From an uncultured Chlamydiae bacterium (lineage in GTDB: Bacteria; Chlamydiota; Chlamydiia; Chlamydiales; JAJFMB01), in the NCBI GenBank assembly GCA_963696295.1, contig CAVOJR010000001.1:3168001-3232000 (forward strand): a stretch of DNA of 64,000 nucleotides, written 5' to 3'. Each line of letters begins with the position of its first letter. The first letter of the stretch is position 1. The position numbers were made by a program, and so were the translations under genes. The notes below the pieces were generated by a model. That model saw only the letters and a program-made list of their open reading frames with translations. It was not told where the DNA came from and did not search any database. Below, piece after piece: positions 1-10,024 of the stretch.

Positions 1-33
1 CCGCCAAACTCCTTTTAGACACCTGAGGTAAAC

Positions 34-1404
34 ATGGAAGAATATGATATCGTCCTCATCGGCGCCGGTCCAGGCGGTTATGTCGCCGCCCTGCACGCCG
101 CCCATCTTGGATTTAAAACCGCCTGTATCGATAAAGGGGAATCACTGGGAGGTACCTGCCTAAACGTCGGGTGCATTCCTTCCAAAGCCCTTTTACAATC
201 AAGCGAACACCTCGCCTTCATGCGGGAGAAAGCCAAAGAGCATGGGATCGAAATACAAGCATTAAGCCTTAATTTTCCCCAGATGATGGCGCGAAAAAAA
301 GAGATCGTGCAAAGCCTGGTTCAGGGGATTGCCGGCCTTTTTCAGCGCGGCAAAGTGACTTCCATTCGAGGCGCTGCCCGCTTTGTCTCCCCGAACGAAC
401 TGGCCATTGGCGACCAAAAAATCAGGGCCAAAAACATCATCATCGCCACCGGATCGGAACCGGTTGCCTTGCCCTTTATGCCCTTCGATGAAAAAACCAT
501 TATCTCCTCTACCGGCGCGCTCAGCCTGCCTAAAATCCCCAAAGATATGCTCGTCATCGGAGCCGGGGTGATTGGCGTGGAGCTCGCTTCCGTTTATCAG
601 CGCCTCGGCGCAAAAGTCACTCTGGTTGAAATGCTCGATCACATCTGCCCTGCCATGGATGGGCAGGTCAGCAAAGGGCTGCTCGCCATTTTGAAGAAGC
701 AGGGATTGACTTTTCACCTCGCGGCAAAAGTTAAGAGCGCGGAAATAAAACCCTCCGGCGTCGAATTGACTGTGGAGCATGAGAATAAAAATCTGAACCT
801 TTCCGCCGAATGCGCTCTGGTGGCCGTCGGAAGGCGCCCCTACACTAAGGATCTTGGCTTAAAGGAGATCGGCATTGAGACAGACCCTAAAGGATTTATT
901 CCGGTCGACGGTAATTTCCGCACCGTTCATCCCCATATCTATGCGATCGGGGATGTTGTGGAGGGGGCCATGCTCGCGCATCGCGCCTCGGACGAAGGGG
1001 TGGTCGTCGTCGATCTGATCGCCGGCAAGAGCGCGCAAATCAACTACCTGGCCATCCCGAATGTGATCTACACCCACCCTGAAGTGGCGGCGCTTGGCTT
1101 TACCGAAGAGGAGGCTAAAGCCCTAAAAATTGAGATTGCGACCGGCATGGCCTATTTTAAAGCCAATCCGAGAGCGCGCTGCAGCGGAGACACGGAAGGC
1201 TTTGTCAAAGTGATCGGGGAAAAGAAGAGCGGCCGTCTCATCGGGATGCATATCATGGGACCGCACGCCTCGGAAATGATTGGGGAAGGGGTGATCGCCA
1301 TTGAAAAGGGAATGACTTTGAAGGAGCTCGCCTACGCCTCCCATGCTCATCCAACTCTGTCCGAGTCCATTAAGGAAGCGGCGCAAAATTCTTTAGGGGC
1401 TTAA
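34..1404 (+). CDS. lpdA: dihydrolipoamide dehydrogenase (E3)
   Basis: GAGPGGY FAD motif, GGTCLNVGCIPSK redox disulfide, GAGVIG NAD motif, HPTLSE catalytic motif; GAGG RBS. Confidence 0.97.
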   Translation: MEEYDIVLIGAGPGGYVAALHAAHLGFKTACIDKGESLGGTCLNVGCIPSKALLQSSEHLAFMREKAKEHGIEIQALSLNFPQMMARKKEIVQSLVQGIAGLFQRGKVTSIRGAARFVSPNELAIGDQKIRAKNIIIATGSEPVALPFMPFDEKTIISSTGALSLPKIPKDMLVIGAGVIGVELASVYQRLGAKVTLVEMLDHICPAMDGQVSKGLLAILKKQGLTFHLAAKVKSAEIKPSGVELTVEHENKNLNLSAECALVAVGRRPYTKDLGLKEIGIETDPKGFIPVDGNFRTVHPHIYAIGDVVEGAMLAHRASDEGVVVVDLIAGKSAQINYLAIPNVIYTHPEVAALGFTEEEAKALKIEIATGMAYFKANPRARCSGDTEGFVKVIGEKKSGRLIGMHIMGPHASEMIGEGVIAIEKGMTLKELAYASHAHPTLSESIKEAAQNSLGA

Positions 1405-1405
1405 A

Positions 1406-2389
1406 ATGAAGGCTATTGTCGTCAGTCACTATGGGGAACCGGAAGTTTTAAAACTGCAAGAGGTGGAAATCGGAAAACCCGGGACTGGGCAAGCGCTCGT
1501 CCGTCTGGCAGCAGCCGGAGTGAACTTTGTTGAAATCTATCAACGGCGGGGCACCTACCCAAGAAAACTGCCCTATATCCCCGGATCTGAGGCAGCGGGC
1601 GTGGTGGAGGCTGTCGGAGAGGGCGTGCCGCAATTTAAGCCCGGGGACCGGGTGGCTTATGTGCACGAGCCGGGCGCTTATGCCGAGGCCAGTTTGGTCA
1701 GGGCCGACCGGCTGATTCCCTTGCCCGCCGATTTTTCTTTCGAACAGGGAGCGGCCTTTCCGCTGCAGGGAATGACAGCGCACTACCTGCTTCATGAATT
1801 CCGCAAGCCGAAACCGGGCGATGTCGTGCTGATTCACGCAGCCGCAGGGGGCATGGGGCTTTTGCTTGTGCAGTGGGCCCGCCACTTAGGCGCGAGGGTG
1901 ATCGGAACGGTTTCCACAGAGGAAAAAGCTAAGGCGGCGCGGGAAGCGGGAGCCTCGGATATCATTTTCTACACGAAGCAAAATTTTGCCGAAGAGATCA
2001 AGTCTTTGACTAATAATCATGGGGCGGATCTGATCATTGACGGCGTTGGTAAAACGACCTTTCAAGGAAACCTGGAAGCCGCGGCTTTGCGTGGAAATAT
2101 TGTCATTTTCGGAGCGGCGAGCGGACCGGCGGATCCGATCCCGCCAAACACTTTAATGCCCCGTTCGCTGACCCTTTCGGGAGGCAGCTTGCCGAACTAT
2201 CTGTTGAGCCGCGAAGAGCTTTTATATCGCGCTCAGGCGGTAATTAAAGGCGTTCAGGAGGGGTGGCTGAAGTTGCGGATAGATAAGGTTATCCCGTTGG
2301 CCAAGGCGGCTGAGGCGCATCGTTTGCTTGAGAACCGCCAGACGATAGGGAAGGTCATACTTGATATTTCGCTTGAGACTTATAAGTAA
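1406..2389 (+). CDS. qor: NADPH:quinone oxidoreductase (zeta-crystallin/MDR family)
   Basis: AAGVNF, IHAAAGGMG nucleotide-binding motif, C-terminal GKVIL; no Zn ligands. Confidence 0.9.
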   Translation: MKAIVVSHYGEPEVLKLQEVEIGKPGTGQALVRLAAAGVNFVEIYQRRGTYPRKLPYIPGSEAAGVVEAVGEGVPQFKPGDRVAYVHEPGAYAEASLVRADRLIPLPADFSFEQGAAFPLQGMTAHYLLHEFRKPKPGDVVLIHAAAGGMGLLLVQWARHLGARVIGTVSTEEKAKAAREAGASDIIFYTKQNFAEEIKSLTNNHGADLIIDGVGKTTFQGNLEAAALRGNIVIFGAASGPADPIPPNTLMPRSLTLSGGSLPNYLLSREELLYRAQAVIKGVQEGWLKLRIDKVIPLAKAAEAHRLLENRQTIGKVILDISLETYK

Positions 2390-2435
2390 TATTTTGCTAA
2401 ACTTAATATAGTTTAATGTTCTTCAGGATAACAAA

Positions 2436-3030
2436 ATGATTTCCAAGTTTCTTGACCCGCAAAAATGATGTTGCATTCAGAAAAATTTTTGGTTCAGAAA
2501 AGAATAAAGATATTCTTATTCATTTCCTCAATGACATGGTTACTTTTAAAGAGAATGGCCCCATCACGCAAGTGCCTTTTTCGAAAAACAATCCAAGACA
2601 CTGAGACCGCTGCCCACAAGACCAGCATCGTGGATATCTTATGCAAAGACGATAAAAATAACACTTATATCGTTGAAATGCAAGTGGCTAAAGAAAAAGG
2701 ATTTGAGAAAAGAGCCCAATATTACGCCTCGAAAGCCTACATTTCCCAGGCACATGTCGGCGGGGAGTTCCATCATCTTAAAGAAGTGATTTTTTTGGCG
2801 ATTGCAGACTTTGTCATGTTCCCCCAAAAAAAAGATTATAAATCAGATCATGTTATCTTAGATAAAAAAAGCCTCGAGAACGACCTGAAAGATTTTTCCT
2901 TTACATTTCTGGAGCTTCCTAAATTCCATAAAGAGGTTGATCAACTGCCAATATGACCGAAAAATGGGCCTATTTTTTTAAACACGCTGAAGAAATGTCG
3001 GAACAAGATCTTCTAAAACGCACCAGCTCT
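2436..3030 (+). pseudogene. Rpn family (PD-(D/E)XK nuclease/putative transposase) pseudogene
   Basis: Motifs fall in different frames: MISKFLDP / KNDVAFRKIFGSEKNKDILIHFLND / SIVDILCKD..YIVEMQV..KRAQYYASKAY..FTFLELPKF / EKWAYFFK. At least 3 frameshifts; 3' end approximate. Confidence 0.85.
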
Positions 3031-3319
3031 ATCAGGTTTGACAGAGTGGCTTAGAGTAAGATCGTTTTACCTTGGAACCAAACTTTAAATGTGCGCAGTC
3101 CAAAGAAAATTTGTCTTCAATGGCGCGCGGAATGCCGACTTTTTAAAGCCAAATCAAAAATTTGGGCGATTTCATCCGAGCCATAATTCTTTTTTAAAGA
3201 ATCGACAACCTCCGCACTAATTCCTGCTAGGAGACTCACAATAATATAAATTATCTTAAGTATATCATGCTGTCTCTTTACTAAAGAGACAGCATGAATC
3301 AAATAGACAAAAATATCAG

Positions 3320-3877
3320 CTAATATCCGTGCGAGGAGCCGCAGCCGCAGGAAGAGCGCACGTTCGGATTCGAAATTTTAAATCCGGAATTTTGCAGCGC
3401 ATCGATATAATCGATTTCGGAGCCTAGCAACCGGGGCACCTTCTTCTTGTTCACATGGATGGCGATGCCGTTGGAGACGAATATCTCATCATCCTCATTG
3501 GCCTTTTCCGAATAGTCGAGCATATACTCAAAGCCGCTGCAACCCGCCATCTGCTCGGACAGGCGAATGCCCCAGCCATGTTTGCCTTCTTCAGAGAGAA
3601 TACCCATATACTTCTCTACCGCGCGTCTGGTCATGGTGATCGTGCTAGGATCAGACTGCTCTTCGAGAAGGGCGTTTAACCGGCTTACCAAACGATCAAT
3701 ATGTTCTTCTGTCATGCCGTGACCCAGCATGCCGGCCTCTAAAGTTTCCCAGGTAGCCGCCTGACAGCCGACGCAATGCAATCCGGCATTGGTGATCTCT
3801 TGGGAAAGTTTTTGAGCTTTATTCGGAAACATCGAAAGAATCTCTTCGATGGTCATATCTTTGTGAATTTTTTTCAT
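3320..3877 (-). CDS. IscA/HesB Fe-S cluster assembly protein with N-terminal DUF1858-like domain
   Basis: GCSGFEY and C-terminal SCGCGSS; N-terminal GLHCVGC..ETLE..HG. Confidence 0.9.
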   Translation of the reverse strand: MKKIHKDMTIEEILSMFPNKAQKLSQEITNAGLHCVGCQAATWETLEAGMLGHGMTEEHIDRLVSRLNALLEEQSDPSTITMTRRAVEKYMGILSEEGKHGWGIRLSEQMAGCSGFEYMLDYSEKANEDDEIFVSNGIAIHVNKKKVPRLLGSEIDYIDALQNSGFKISNPNVRSSCGCGSSHGY

Positions 3878-3888
3878 GTGTTACATCC

Positions 3889-4155
3889 TTAGAAACAAAT
3901 TTTTACATTACCTTTGCGAATTTTACACTGGCAAGCCAACCGCTCATCTTTGGTATCGGCGCCCAGAAAATCCTCTTCCTCTTGGGTCGGGGGCGAAAGA
4001 TTCTCAAATCCCTCTTTAATTTCTATGACACAAGTTCCGCAAACCCCTTCAGTACAAGCAAAAGGAACGCCGGCTTCCTCGCAAGCCTCGGCTATCGGAG
4101 AATTTTCCTCTAATTCCACTTCCTCGCCATTATGTTCAAAAATTAATTTAGGCAT
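3889..4155 (-). CDS. 2Fe-2S ferredoxin
   Basis: ACTEGVCGTC...RLACQC. Confidence 0.92.
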   Translation of the reverse strand: MPKLIFEHNGEEVELEENSPIAEACEEAGVPFACTEGVCGTCVIEIKEGFENLSPPTQEEEDFLGADTKDERLACQCKIRKGNVKICF

Positions 4156-4210
4156 ATCGATCTCTCCTAGTGATTTAAGTCTAGAATTATGTAGGATAAA
4201 TTAAAAAAAA

Positions 4211-4591
4211 TCAACTAAAAATCAGAGAGGCAATTTTATAAACGCGAGAATCTGATGTGTACCTTTTAGTTTCATCCCTCTTTTGAGCCATCAAGAGTAA
4301 TTCCTTGTATATTTTTTGATATTTTTCCTTAATTTCTTTTTGGGAAATCTCCTTACTCGAAAAAACGATCTGTTTGAAGTGTTTAAACGCTTCAAACAGT
4401 TCGGCATGCAAAAGAGCGAGATAGACTTTAGCCGCTCTGCTCCCAATCTGTTTTTCCTGCCCGGGAATTGATAAAACGGAAAATTTAGGCTTTTCCTTCA
4501 TCAGTGACACTGGCATCAAAATGCCAGAAAAAATTCCATTAAAACCGGTCATACACACCTTGAAATCCTTAAAAATAAGACCATAAAGCAC
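4211..4591 (-). CDS. hypothetical protein (start uncertain, may be a downstream ATG)
   Basis: 126-codon ORF filling the gap between same-strand genes; no motif recognised. Confidence 0.5.
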   Translation of the reverse strand: MLYGLIFKDFKVCMTGFNGIFSGILMPVSLMKEKPKFSVLSIPGQEKQIGSRAAKVYLALLHAELFEAFKHFKQIVFSSKEISQKEIKEKYQKIYKELLLMAQKRDETKRYTSDSRVYKIASLIFS

Positions 4592-4617
4592 TGATCTTTT
4601 TTTGAAAACTGTAAAAT

Positions 4618-5775
4618 TTAAAACTTTTTTACCAAAACCGTAATATTGTCTTCCGATCCGGCTCCAAGAGCACGGATGGCTATATTACAGGCTATCTGGG
4701 ATAAAGAGAGCCCCCGTTCGACTGAGCTCAGCACCAGCTCGCCTACCTGATTCGAAGAAGCCACGTCGAAAACCCCGTCGCAAGCCTGCACGAGATAGCA
4801 ATGCTCCCGATTTTTGGGAAGGGAAAATTTTGAAATAACAGGTCTTGGACACATCGCTCCCCTCAAGTGGTGATCCCCTAAACCGCGGCCCGGCGCGATC
4901 GAATAGGGGCTTAAAGGATGCAAAATCCTGTTGTCATCCGAGATCGCCCCGCCGCGCCCTTCGATGACATCCCGGTTTTGTTCCGGCTTTTGATCCTGGC
5001 TTAATTGGAAAGTATCATCGGGTGTCACAAAAATAGCCCGTGAATCCCCCAAGTTTACCACCCATAACGCCTCTCCGATCTGGAGGCAGATATTGGCCGT
5101 GGTACCCTCTATTTCACCCTGAAATGCGCGGTTGATATCTGCAAGAGTCAAGTTGATGGCGTTATAGATCCTTAAGTCTTTGTCTTTGAAAGGGAGGCTG
5201 TTATCGTTGAACCGCTCGGCAAATTTTGCGATAAACGCCCTCTTGGCATAATCAGAGCAGGCTTTCCCTCCATGACCATCGAAAACCGCGCTGTAGGGAA
5301 CCTCGGCCGGGATCGAATTCAGGCTCATCAGAATTAAAGCTGCTTCATGCGCGTCTTCCATCTCATTTCTTAACCCTATCGTAGAAGCTATGCCGGATCC
5401 GTTTTCCGTATGGAAATAGATTCTCGCCTCCCCAAAAAAGACGGGAACGTCAACAGATCCTTTTTGCTCGTGCAGCCTGATGGCGTCAGTGAGAAAACTG
5501 CTTTGGTACCCCTTGTCTCTCAGTTTATCGGCATTCTCCAGATTCTCTTGAAGCTCTTTTTTCACTTCCTTGCCGTCGAAGCAAACCTGGTAATCGAGGT
5601 TATCCAATACTTTTATCTGCCAGGGCAATAGATCGTCTGAAATTATTTTTGGCAGGGGAATTTGCTTGCTGTGCACAAAGTGGAAATGAATTTTGCCGGA
5701 AAAATCTTCGAAGGTCTTTTCCTCGATAACCCGCGCGGCCGGAAAATCAGGCTTAGCCGCCTTTTTGGGACACAT
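4618..5775 (-). CDS. PP2C/PPM-family Ser/Thr protein phosphatase with N-terminal extension
   Basis: RNEMEDAH, VFDGHGG, GTTA, NLGDSRA, ACDGVFD, GSEDNIT; start moved to ATG 5775 (AAGGA upstream). Confidence 0.88.
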   Translation of the reverse strand: MCPKKAAKPDFPAARVIEEKTFEDFSGKIHFHFVHSKQIPLPKIISDDLLPWQIKVLDNLDYQVCFDGKEVKKELQENLENADKLRDKGYQSSFLTDAIRLHEQKGSVDVPVFFGEARIYFHTENGSGIASTIGLRNEMEDAHEAALILMSLNSIPAEVPYSAVFDGHGGKACSDYAKRAFIAKFAERFNDNSLPFKDKDLRIYNAINLTLADINRAFQGEIEGTTANICLQIGEALWVVNLGDSRAIFVTPDDTFQLSQDQKPEQNRDVIEGRGGAISDDNRILHPLSPYSIAPGRGLGDHHLRGAMCPRPVISKFSLPKNREHCYLVQACDGVFDVASSNQVGELVLSSVERGLSLSQIACNIAIRALGAGSEDNITVLVKKF

Positions 5776-5826
5776 AGGAACATCCTTTTTAACTATAGTA
5801 ATAAACATTTTATTTTTTTTTTGCAA

Positions 5827-5855
5827 TTGGTGAAAAAAAATAATGCCTGTATAAT
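5827..5855 (+). promoter_or_regulatory. sigma66/70-type promoter abutting the ccsA start
   Basis: TTGGTG-17-TATAAT, then 7 nt to ATG 5863. Confidence 0.55.
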
Positions 5856-5862
5856 GCCGGGC

Positions 5863-7308
5863 ATGAATCGAGTTTTGCTGGCCTTTCTGCTTTTTTTGGA
5901 ACCCCTTTCAGCTCTTGACCCCGATGTTCCCCTGTTTTATAGGGGCAGGATCCATCCGGCCAGCGCGTACGCCGCCCTTTTTCTCGAGCCTTTCTCCCAA
6001 AAGGAAAACCTGGAGACGCTCTGGCGCATGCATTTTTTAGGAGACGAGGAGCGTCCCATTTTCAAGGTTCGCGATCCGGCGCTGCGAAAAAAGTTTAAAA
6101 CCTCCCTTTTCAGCTACAATCAAATAAAAGATTTACCTGAATTAAAGGAGCCGATCCGACTCTATACCCAATTTTCCAGCTCCTCCTTTTTGGCCCTTCC
6201 CTGCAGGGGAGAATGGCGCTCTCTTAAAGCCTTGAAAAACTCCGAATTTAATTTCACCCTCTATTCCGATGCGGATTTCAGCGAAATTCAGAAGACCTAT
6301 CTTTTATTGGAGCGGGCTTATAAAAACGGGGATCTGACCGAAATCAAACAGCAGAACAGATCCTTGTCCACCCTTTTAAAAAAAGCCTACGCCTCCCTTG
6401 CCGGAAAACCGATGCAAAAAGCGCATGGCAAAGCGCTTTTCTATCCCACCACCGCCCAGCTTTATGCCGAAGGAGCGCTCTTTCGGATCCCCTTTCTCGA
6501 AGGGATACTCCTGCTTTATTTGCTAAGTCTTTGGCGTAAGCCCCCCTTTTTTGCCGCGTTCGCCCTTCTCACCGCCTTTTTGGGGCTCCGCTGCTACATC
6601 CTTAACCGCCCTCCCGTGAGCAATATGTATGAGACGCTGGTCTATGTCCCCTGGATCATCAGCGCCGCCGGACTTCTTTTCTACGCCCTTCAAAAAAAGC
6701 CCATCATCTTAAAAACCTCTGCGATCTCTTCCTCTTTTTTACTCCTGATCCTGCTTTTGGGACCTTTGGCAGACAAGCTGGAGAATGTGCAGGCGGTTTT
6801 GGACTCCCAGTATTGGCTGACGGTGCATGTGCTGATGGTGGTAGGCAGTTACGGCTTTTTTATCTTGAGCGGAGTCTTAGCCCACCTGGCGCTCTATAGA
6901 GATGAACTCGCAAAAACCGTTTTGCACTCCCTTTACATCGGCACGGGATTATTGATTGTCGGAACGATTCTCGGCGGAGTGTGGGCAGCCCAAAGCTGGG
7001 GCCGTTTCTGGGACTGGGACCCCAAAGAGTCATGGGCTTTTATCTCTGCTTGCATCTATTTGATCCTCATACACCTGTATCGCTTTAAACACATCGGCAA
7101 CTACGGACTTTGCCTCGGAGCGATTCTAGGCTTGCAAGCGATTATCTTTACATGGTATGGAGTGAATTATATTTTGGGAACAGGACTGCACAGCTACGGA
7201 TTCGGATCGGGCGGCAAGGGGATTTATTCTCTTTTTGTCCTCTTGGAAATGGCGTTTATCATTCTGAATTTGTCTTTTAATCGGAAGCGTGCTAAAATAT
7301 TGCCCTAA
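5863..7308 (+). CDS. ccsA: cytochrome c biogenesis protein CcsA (system II)
   Basis: WWD domain GGVWAAQSWGRFWDWDPKESW, WLTVHV, GLHSYG; multiple TM helices; signal-like N-terminus from ATG 5863. Confidence 0.9.
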   Translation: MNRVLLAFLLFLEPLSALDPDVPLFYRGRIHPASAYAALFLEPFSQKENLETLWRMHFLGDEERPIFKVRDPALRKKFKTSLFSYNQIKDLPELKEPIRLYTQFSSSSFLALPCRGEWRSLKALKNSEFNFTLYSDADFSEIQKTYLLLERAYKNGDLTEIKQQNRSLSTLLKKAYASLAGKPMQKAHGKALFYPTTAQLYAEGALFRIPFLEGILLLYLLSLWRKPPFFAAFALLTAFLGLRCYILNRPPVSNMYETLVYVPWIISAAGLLFYALQKKPIILKTSAISSSFLLLILLLGPLADKLENVQAVLDSQYWLTVHVLMVVGSYGFFILSGVLAHLALYRDELAKTVLHSLYIGTGLLIVGTILGGVWAAQSWGRFWDWDPKESWAFISACIYLILIHLYRFKHIGNYGLCLGAILGLQAIIFTWYGVNYILGTGLHSYGFGSGGKGIYSLFVLLEMAFIILNLSFNRKRAKILP

Positions 7309-7394
7309 AAATATTGAAAAAAATGACCCTTTTAAACAATAATTAACTATACGGGTGCGAGAAACCTGCCCCATTGGTAAGAGCAAAAAAAGAT

Positions 7395-7856
7395 ATGAGA
7401 ACGATTAAGAGTGAACGATTAAAAAAATTGGAAGCAGAGCTGAACGATCTCCAGCAATGGTTGAAACTCGGTTTGGTTCCGAAAAAAGACATCGACAAAC
7501 ATAAAGAAGAGATCGAAGCTGTCCTCGGGAAAATTGACGAGGAAAAAGAACGCCTCCAATTCCTTAAAGAAAGCGGTGAAGCTGAAGAGTACATTGCTCC
7601 AAAACGCAACCCGACCCGCGCAGGCTATACTGAAATGCCAACGGGCTTAGATATGGACATGGGAGAAACCGGCGGGCTGACCGAAACTGGTTTCGACATG
7701 GAATCGGAAAACACCGAAAGCTCCATCATCGAAGAGCGGGAAGAAGTTGAAGAAGAGGGAAGCACCGAGACGCTTGATGAAGAAACCGACTTTTTCAGCG
7801 AAAGGCGAAACCGCTGGGGCAAAGGTATTGTGGACCCAGACGCCGACGAATGGTAG
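7395..7856 (+). CDS. conserved chlamydial protein, CT053-like (acidic C-terminus)
   Basis: KSERLKKLE..LGLVPKK and C-terminal RW.KGIVDPDADEW resemble CT053; next to hemN/hemW as in Chlamydia. Confidence 0.8.
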   Translation: MRTIKSERLKKLEAELNDLQQWLKLGLVPKKDIDKHKEEIEAVLGKIDEEKERLQFLKESGEAEEYIAPKRNPTRAGYTEMPTGLDMDMGETGGLTETGFDMESENTESSIIEEREEVEEEGSTETLDEETDFFSERRNRWGKGIVDPDADEW

Positions 7857-8971
7857 AAAACGGCCTCAGCCTCTACTTTCATATCCCTTTCTGCACAAAA
7901 AAGTGTCCCTATTGTCATTTCTATGTGCTGCCTGACCTTGAGCGTTTCCATAATTTATTGCTGGAAGGTCTTGAGCTCGAATGGCAAAGATATAAGGAGC
8001 TCATTTCTGCCCATACGATCCGGACAATCTACTTTGGGGGAGGCACCCCTTCGCTTCTGAAAACTGAAGAAGTGGCAGAGCTGCTTCAGATGATCCGGAA
8101 CACGCACTCTATTGACGATATTGAAATCACTTTGGAAGCCAATCCCGAATTGATGACCGAGGAGAAACTGAAGGCCTTGCGCGCGCTCGGCATCAATCGT
8201 CTGAGTTTCGGCGTCCAGTCCTTCGATGAAAAGCTTCTGACGCTTCTCGGCCGCACCCATTCAGCCCATCAGGCCAAAGAGGCGATTCAAATGGCTGACA
8301 AGGCCGGCTTTAAAAATATCTCGCTCGATTTGATGTACGATCTTCCCCACCAGACTTTTGCCGCCTATGAAAACTCGCTCACACAGGCTCTCGAGCTGCC
8401 GATTACCCACCTCTCCCTCTATAACCTCACCATTGAGCCCCATACTTCCTTTTTTAAACATAAAAGTTCTCTGACCCCCCACATACCCGATCAGGAGACG
8501 AGCCTGCAGATGTACCGCCTGTCGCAAGAAGCGGCCAAAGCAGCCGGTTTTGAACAATACGAAATTTCTGCCTTCGCCAAGCCCGGATTTTCCTCAAAGC
8601 ATAACAGCGGGTATTGGATGGGCACCCCCTTTCTTGGCCTTGGCCCGTCCGCCTTCAGCTACTATGAGGGCAGGCGCTTTCGCAATATCGCCAATATTAA
8701 CCGCTACAAGGGAGCACTGGCCAAAGGGGAGTCCCCGGTCGATTTCGAGGAGGAGCTTTCCCCGGAAAACCGTCTAAAAGAATTGCTCGCCATCCAGCTC
8801 CGCCTGATTTGCGGGGTCGATCTGGAGGCCTTTCCCCCCTTGCCGCCCGAAACCCAAAAAGGGATCAGCCGGTTAATCGATCTGCAGTTGCTGAAGAGGG
8901 AAAAAAATATTCTCTCTTTGACCGGGCAGGGAATTTTGCTCTACGATTCCGTAGCGACGGAAATAATTTAA
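7850..8971 (+). CDS. hemW: radical SAM heme chaperone HemW (HemN-like)
   Basis: LYFHIPFCTKKCPYCHF, FGGGTPS, YEISAF, HNSGYW. Confidence 0.92.
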   Translation: MVENGLSLYFHIPFCTKKCPYCHFYVLPDLERFHNLLLEGLELEWQRYKELISAHTIRTIYFGGGTPSLLKTEEVAELLQMIRNTHSIDDIEITLEANPELMTEEKLKALRALGINRLSFGVQSFDEKLLTLLGRTHSAHQAKEAIQMADKAGFKNISLDLMYDLPHQTFAAYENSLTQALELPITHLSLYNLTIEPHTSFFKHKSSLTPHIPDQETSLQMYRLSQEAAKAAGFEQYEISAFAKPGFSSKHNSGYWMGTPFLGLGPSAFSYYEGRRFRNIANINRYKGALAKGESPVDFEEELSPENRLKELLAIQLRLICGVDLEAFPPLPPETQKGISRLIDLQLLKREKNILSLTGQGILLYDSVATEII

Positions 8972-8973
8972 TA

Positions 8974-9510
8974 TTACTTCTTTTTCGAAGGGAGTTTGAA
9001 TTCTTTCCCGTCCGCCACAAAAACCCCATTGCCCCAATGGTGGATGGTGCGGGGCCGTTTTTTCGAGGGAGTGATCCAGGCCTTGACAACCTCAAGGATA
9101 AAGATGTTGTACTTCTCGGTCATCTTCATATCGGTCACCCGGCATTCCAGATTGGCAAAGCACTCCTTGATAAGCGGGGCTTGCACCAGCTCCGCCGGCT
9201 CTTGAGTGAGCTGGAACTTCTTGAACTTGTCGACCCGTTTGCCGGAGATGTTGCCCACGCCGACGACCTGCTCAGCCAGATCCTCTGTCGGGATGTTGAT
9301 CACGCACTCTTTGGTCTCTTTCAAGATCTCGAAGGTGTAATTGCGGTTGCTGATCACGCAAGCGACCATAGGCGGCTCAAAATCGATCATCATATGCCAG
9401 GACATCGTCATGACATTGGCTTTTTCCTTGCGCGCCGTCGAGACCATGACCACCGGGCCCGGCTCGAGCAACTGGTAGACTTTTGAGAGCGGCAATGCTT
9501 TTTTGACCAT
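8974..9510 (-). CDS. flavin reductase family protein
   Basis: PGPVVMVST..NVMTMSW..ECVINIP..APLIKECFANLECRV. Confidence 0.88.
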   Translation of the reverse strand: MVKKALPLSKVYQLLEPGPVVMVSTARKEKANVMTMSWHMMIDFEPPMVACVISNRNYTFEILKETKECVINIPTEDLAEQVVGVGNISGKRVDKFKKFQLTQEPAELVQAPLIKECFANLECRVTDMKMTEKYNIFILEVVKAWITPSKKRPRTIHHWGNGVFVADGKEFKLPSKKK

Positions 9511-9609
9511 GAGTTACTCCAATCTGCTTCAAAGTCACCGGCGGCGGATCCTATCAGCCCAATAACGGACATGTTCAAGGGAATAACATGAGTTTTTTAG
9601 CTTGTCAAA

Positions 9610-10024
9610 CTATACAACCAATCTGGTAAATAGAACCTTCACGCGAGCCTGAAGGTTGTACGACTTGTCGAGCTCAAGCTATACAACCACTCTGGTAAAT
9701 AGCACCTTCAAGCGAGCCTGAAGGTTGTACGACTTGTCGAGCTCAAGCTATACAACCAATCTGGTAAATAGAACCTTCACGCGAGCCTGAAGGTTGTACG
9801 ACTTGTCGAGCTCAAGCTATACAACCACTCTGGTAAATAGAACCTTCAAGCGAGCCTGAAGGTTGTACGACTTGTCGAGCTCAAGCTATACAACCACTCT
9901 GGTAAATAGCACCTTCAAGCGAGCCTGAAGGGCGGGATGTACTTGTCGAGCTCAAGCTATACAACCACTCTGGTAAATAGCACCTTCACGCGAGCCTGAA
10001 GGGCGGGGTTGTACGTGTCGAGCT
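9610..10024. repeat. tandem array of six ~69-bp units; the last unit is the 3' end of the 9957-10352 gene
   Basis: Units start at 9610, 9679, 9748, 9817, 9886 (71 bp) and 9957; consensus CTATACAACCAMTCTGGTAAATAGMACCTTCAMGCGAGCCTGAAGGTTGTACGACTTGTCGAGCTCAAG. Confidence 0.97.

Noticed and set aside
3117..3302. 61-aa minus-strand ORF
   Set aside because: Short, no recognisable motif; cannot be supported as a gene
9610..9959. Amber readthrough producing a repeat-extended protein
   Set aside because: The first downstream unit is 71 bp and reaches an in-frame TGA after 13 codons
9610..10024. CRISPR array or type III toxin-antitoxin (ToxI-like) array
   Set aside because: No unique spacers and no cas genes in the window; units are contiguous copies of a gene tail, and the gene downstream is a flavin reductase, not a ToxN-like toxin
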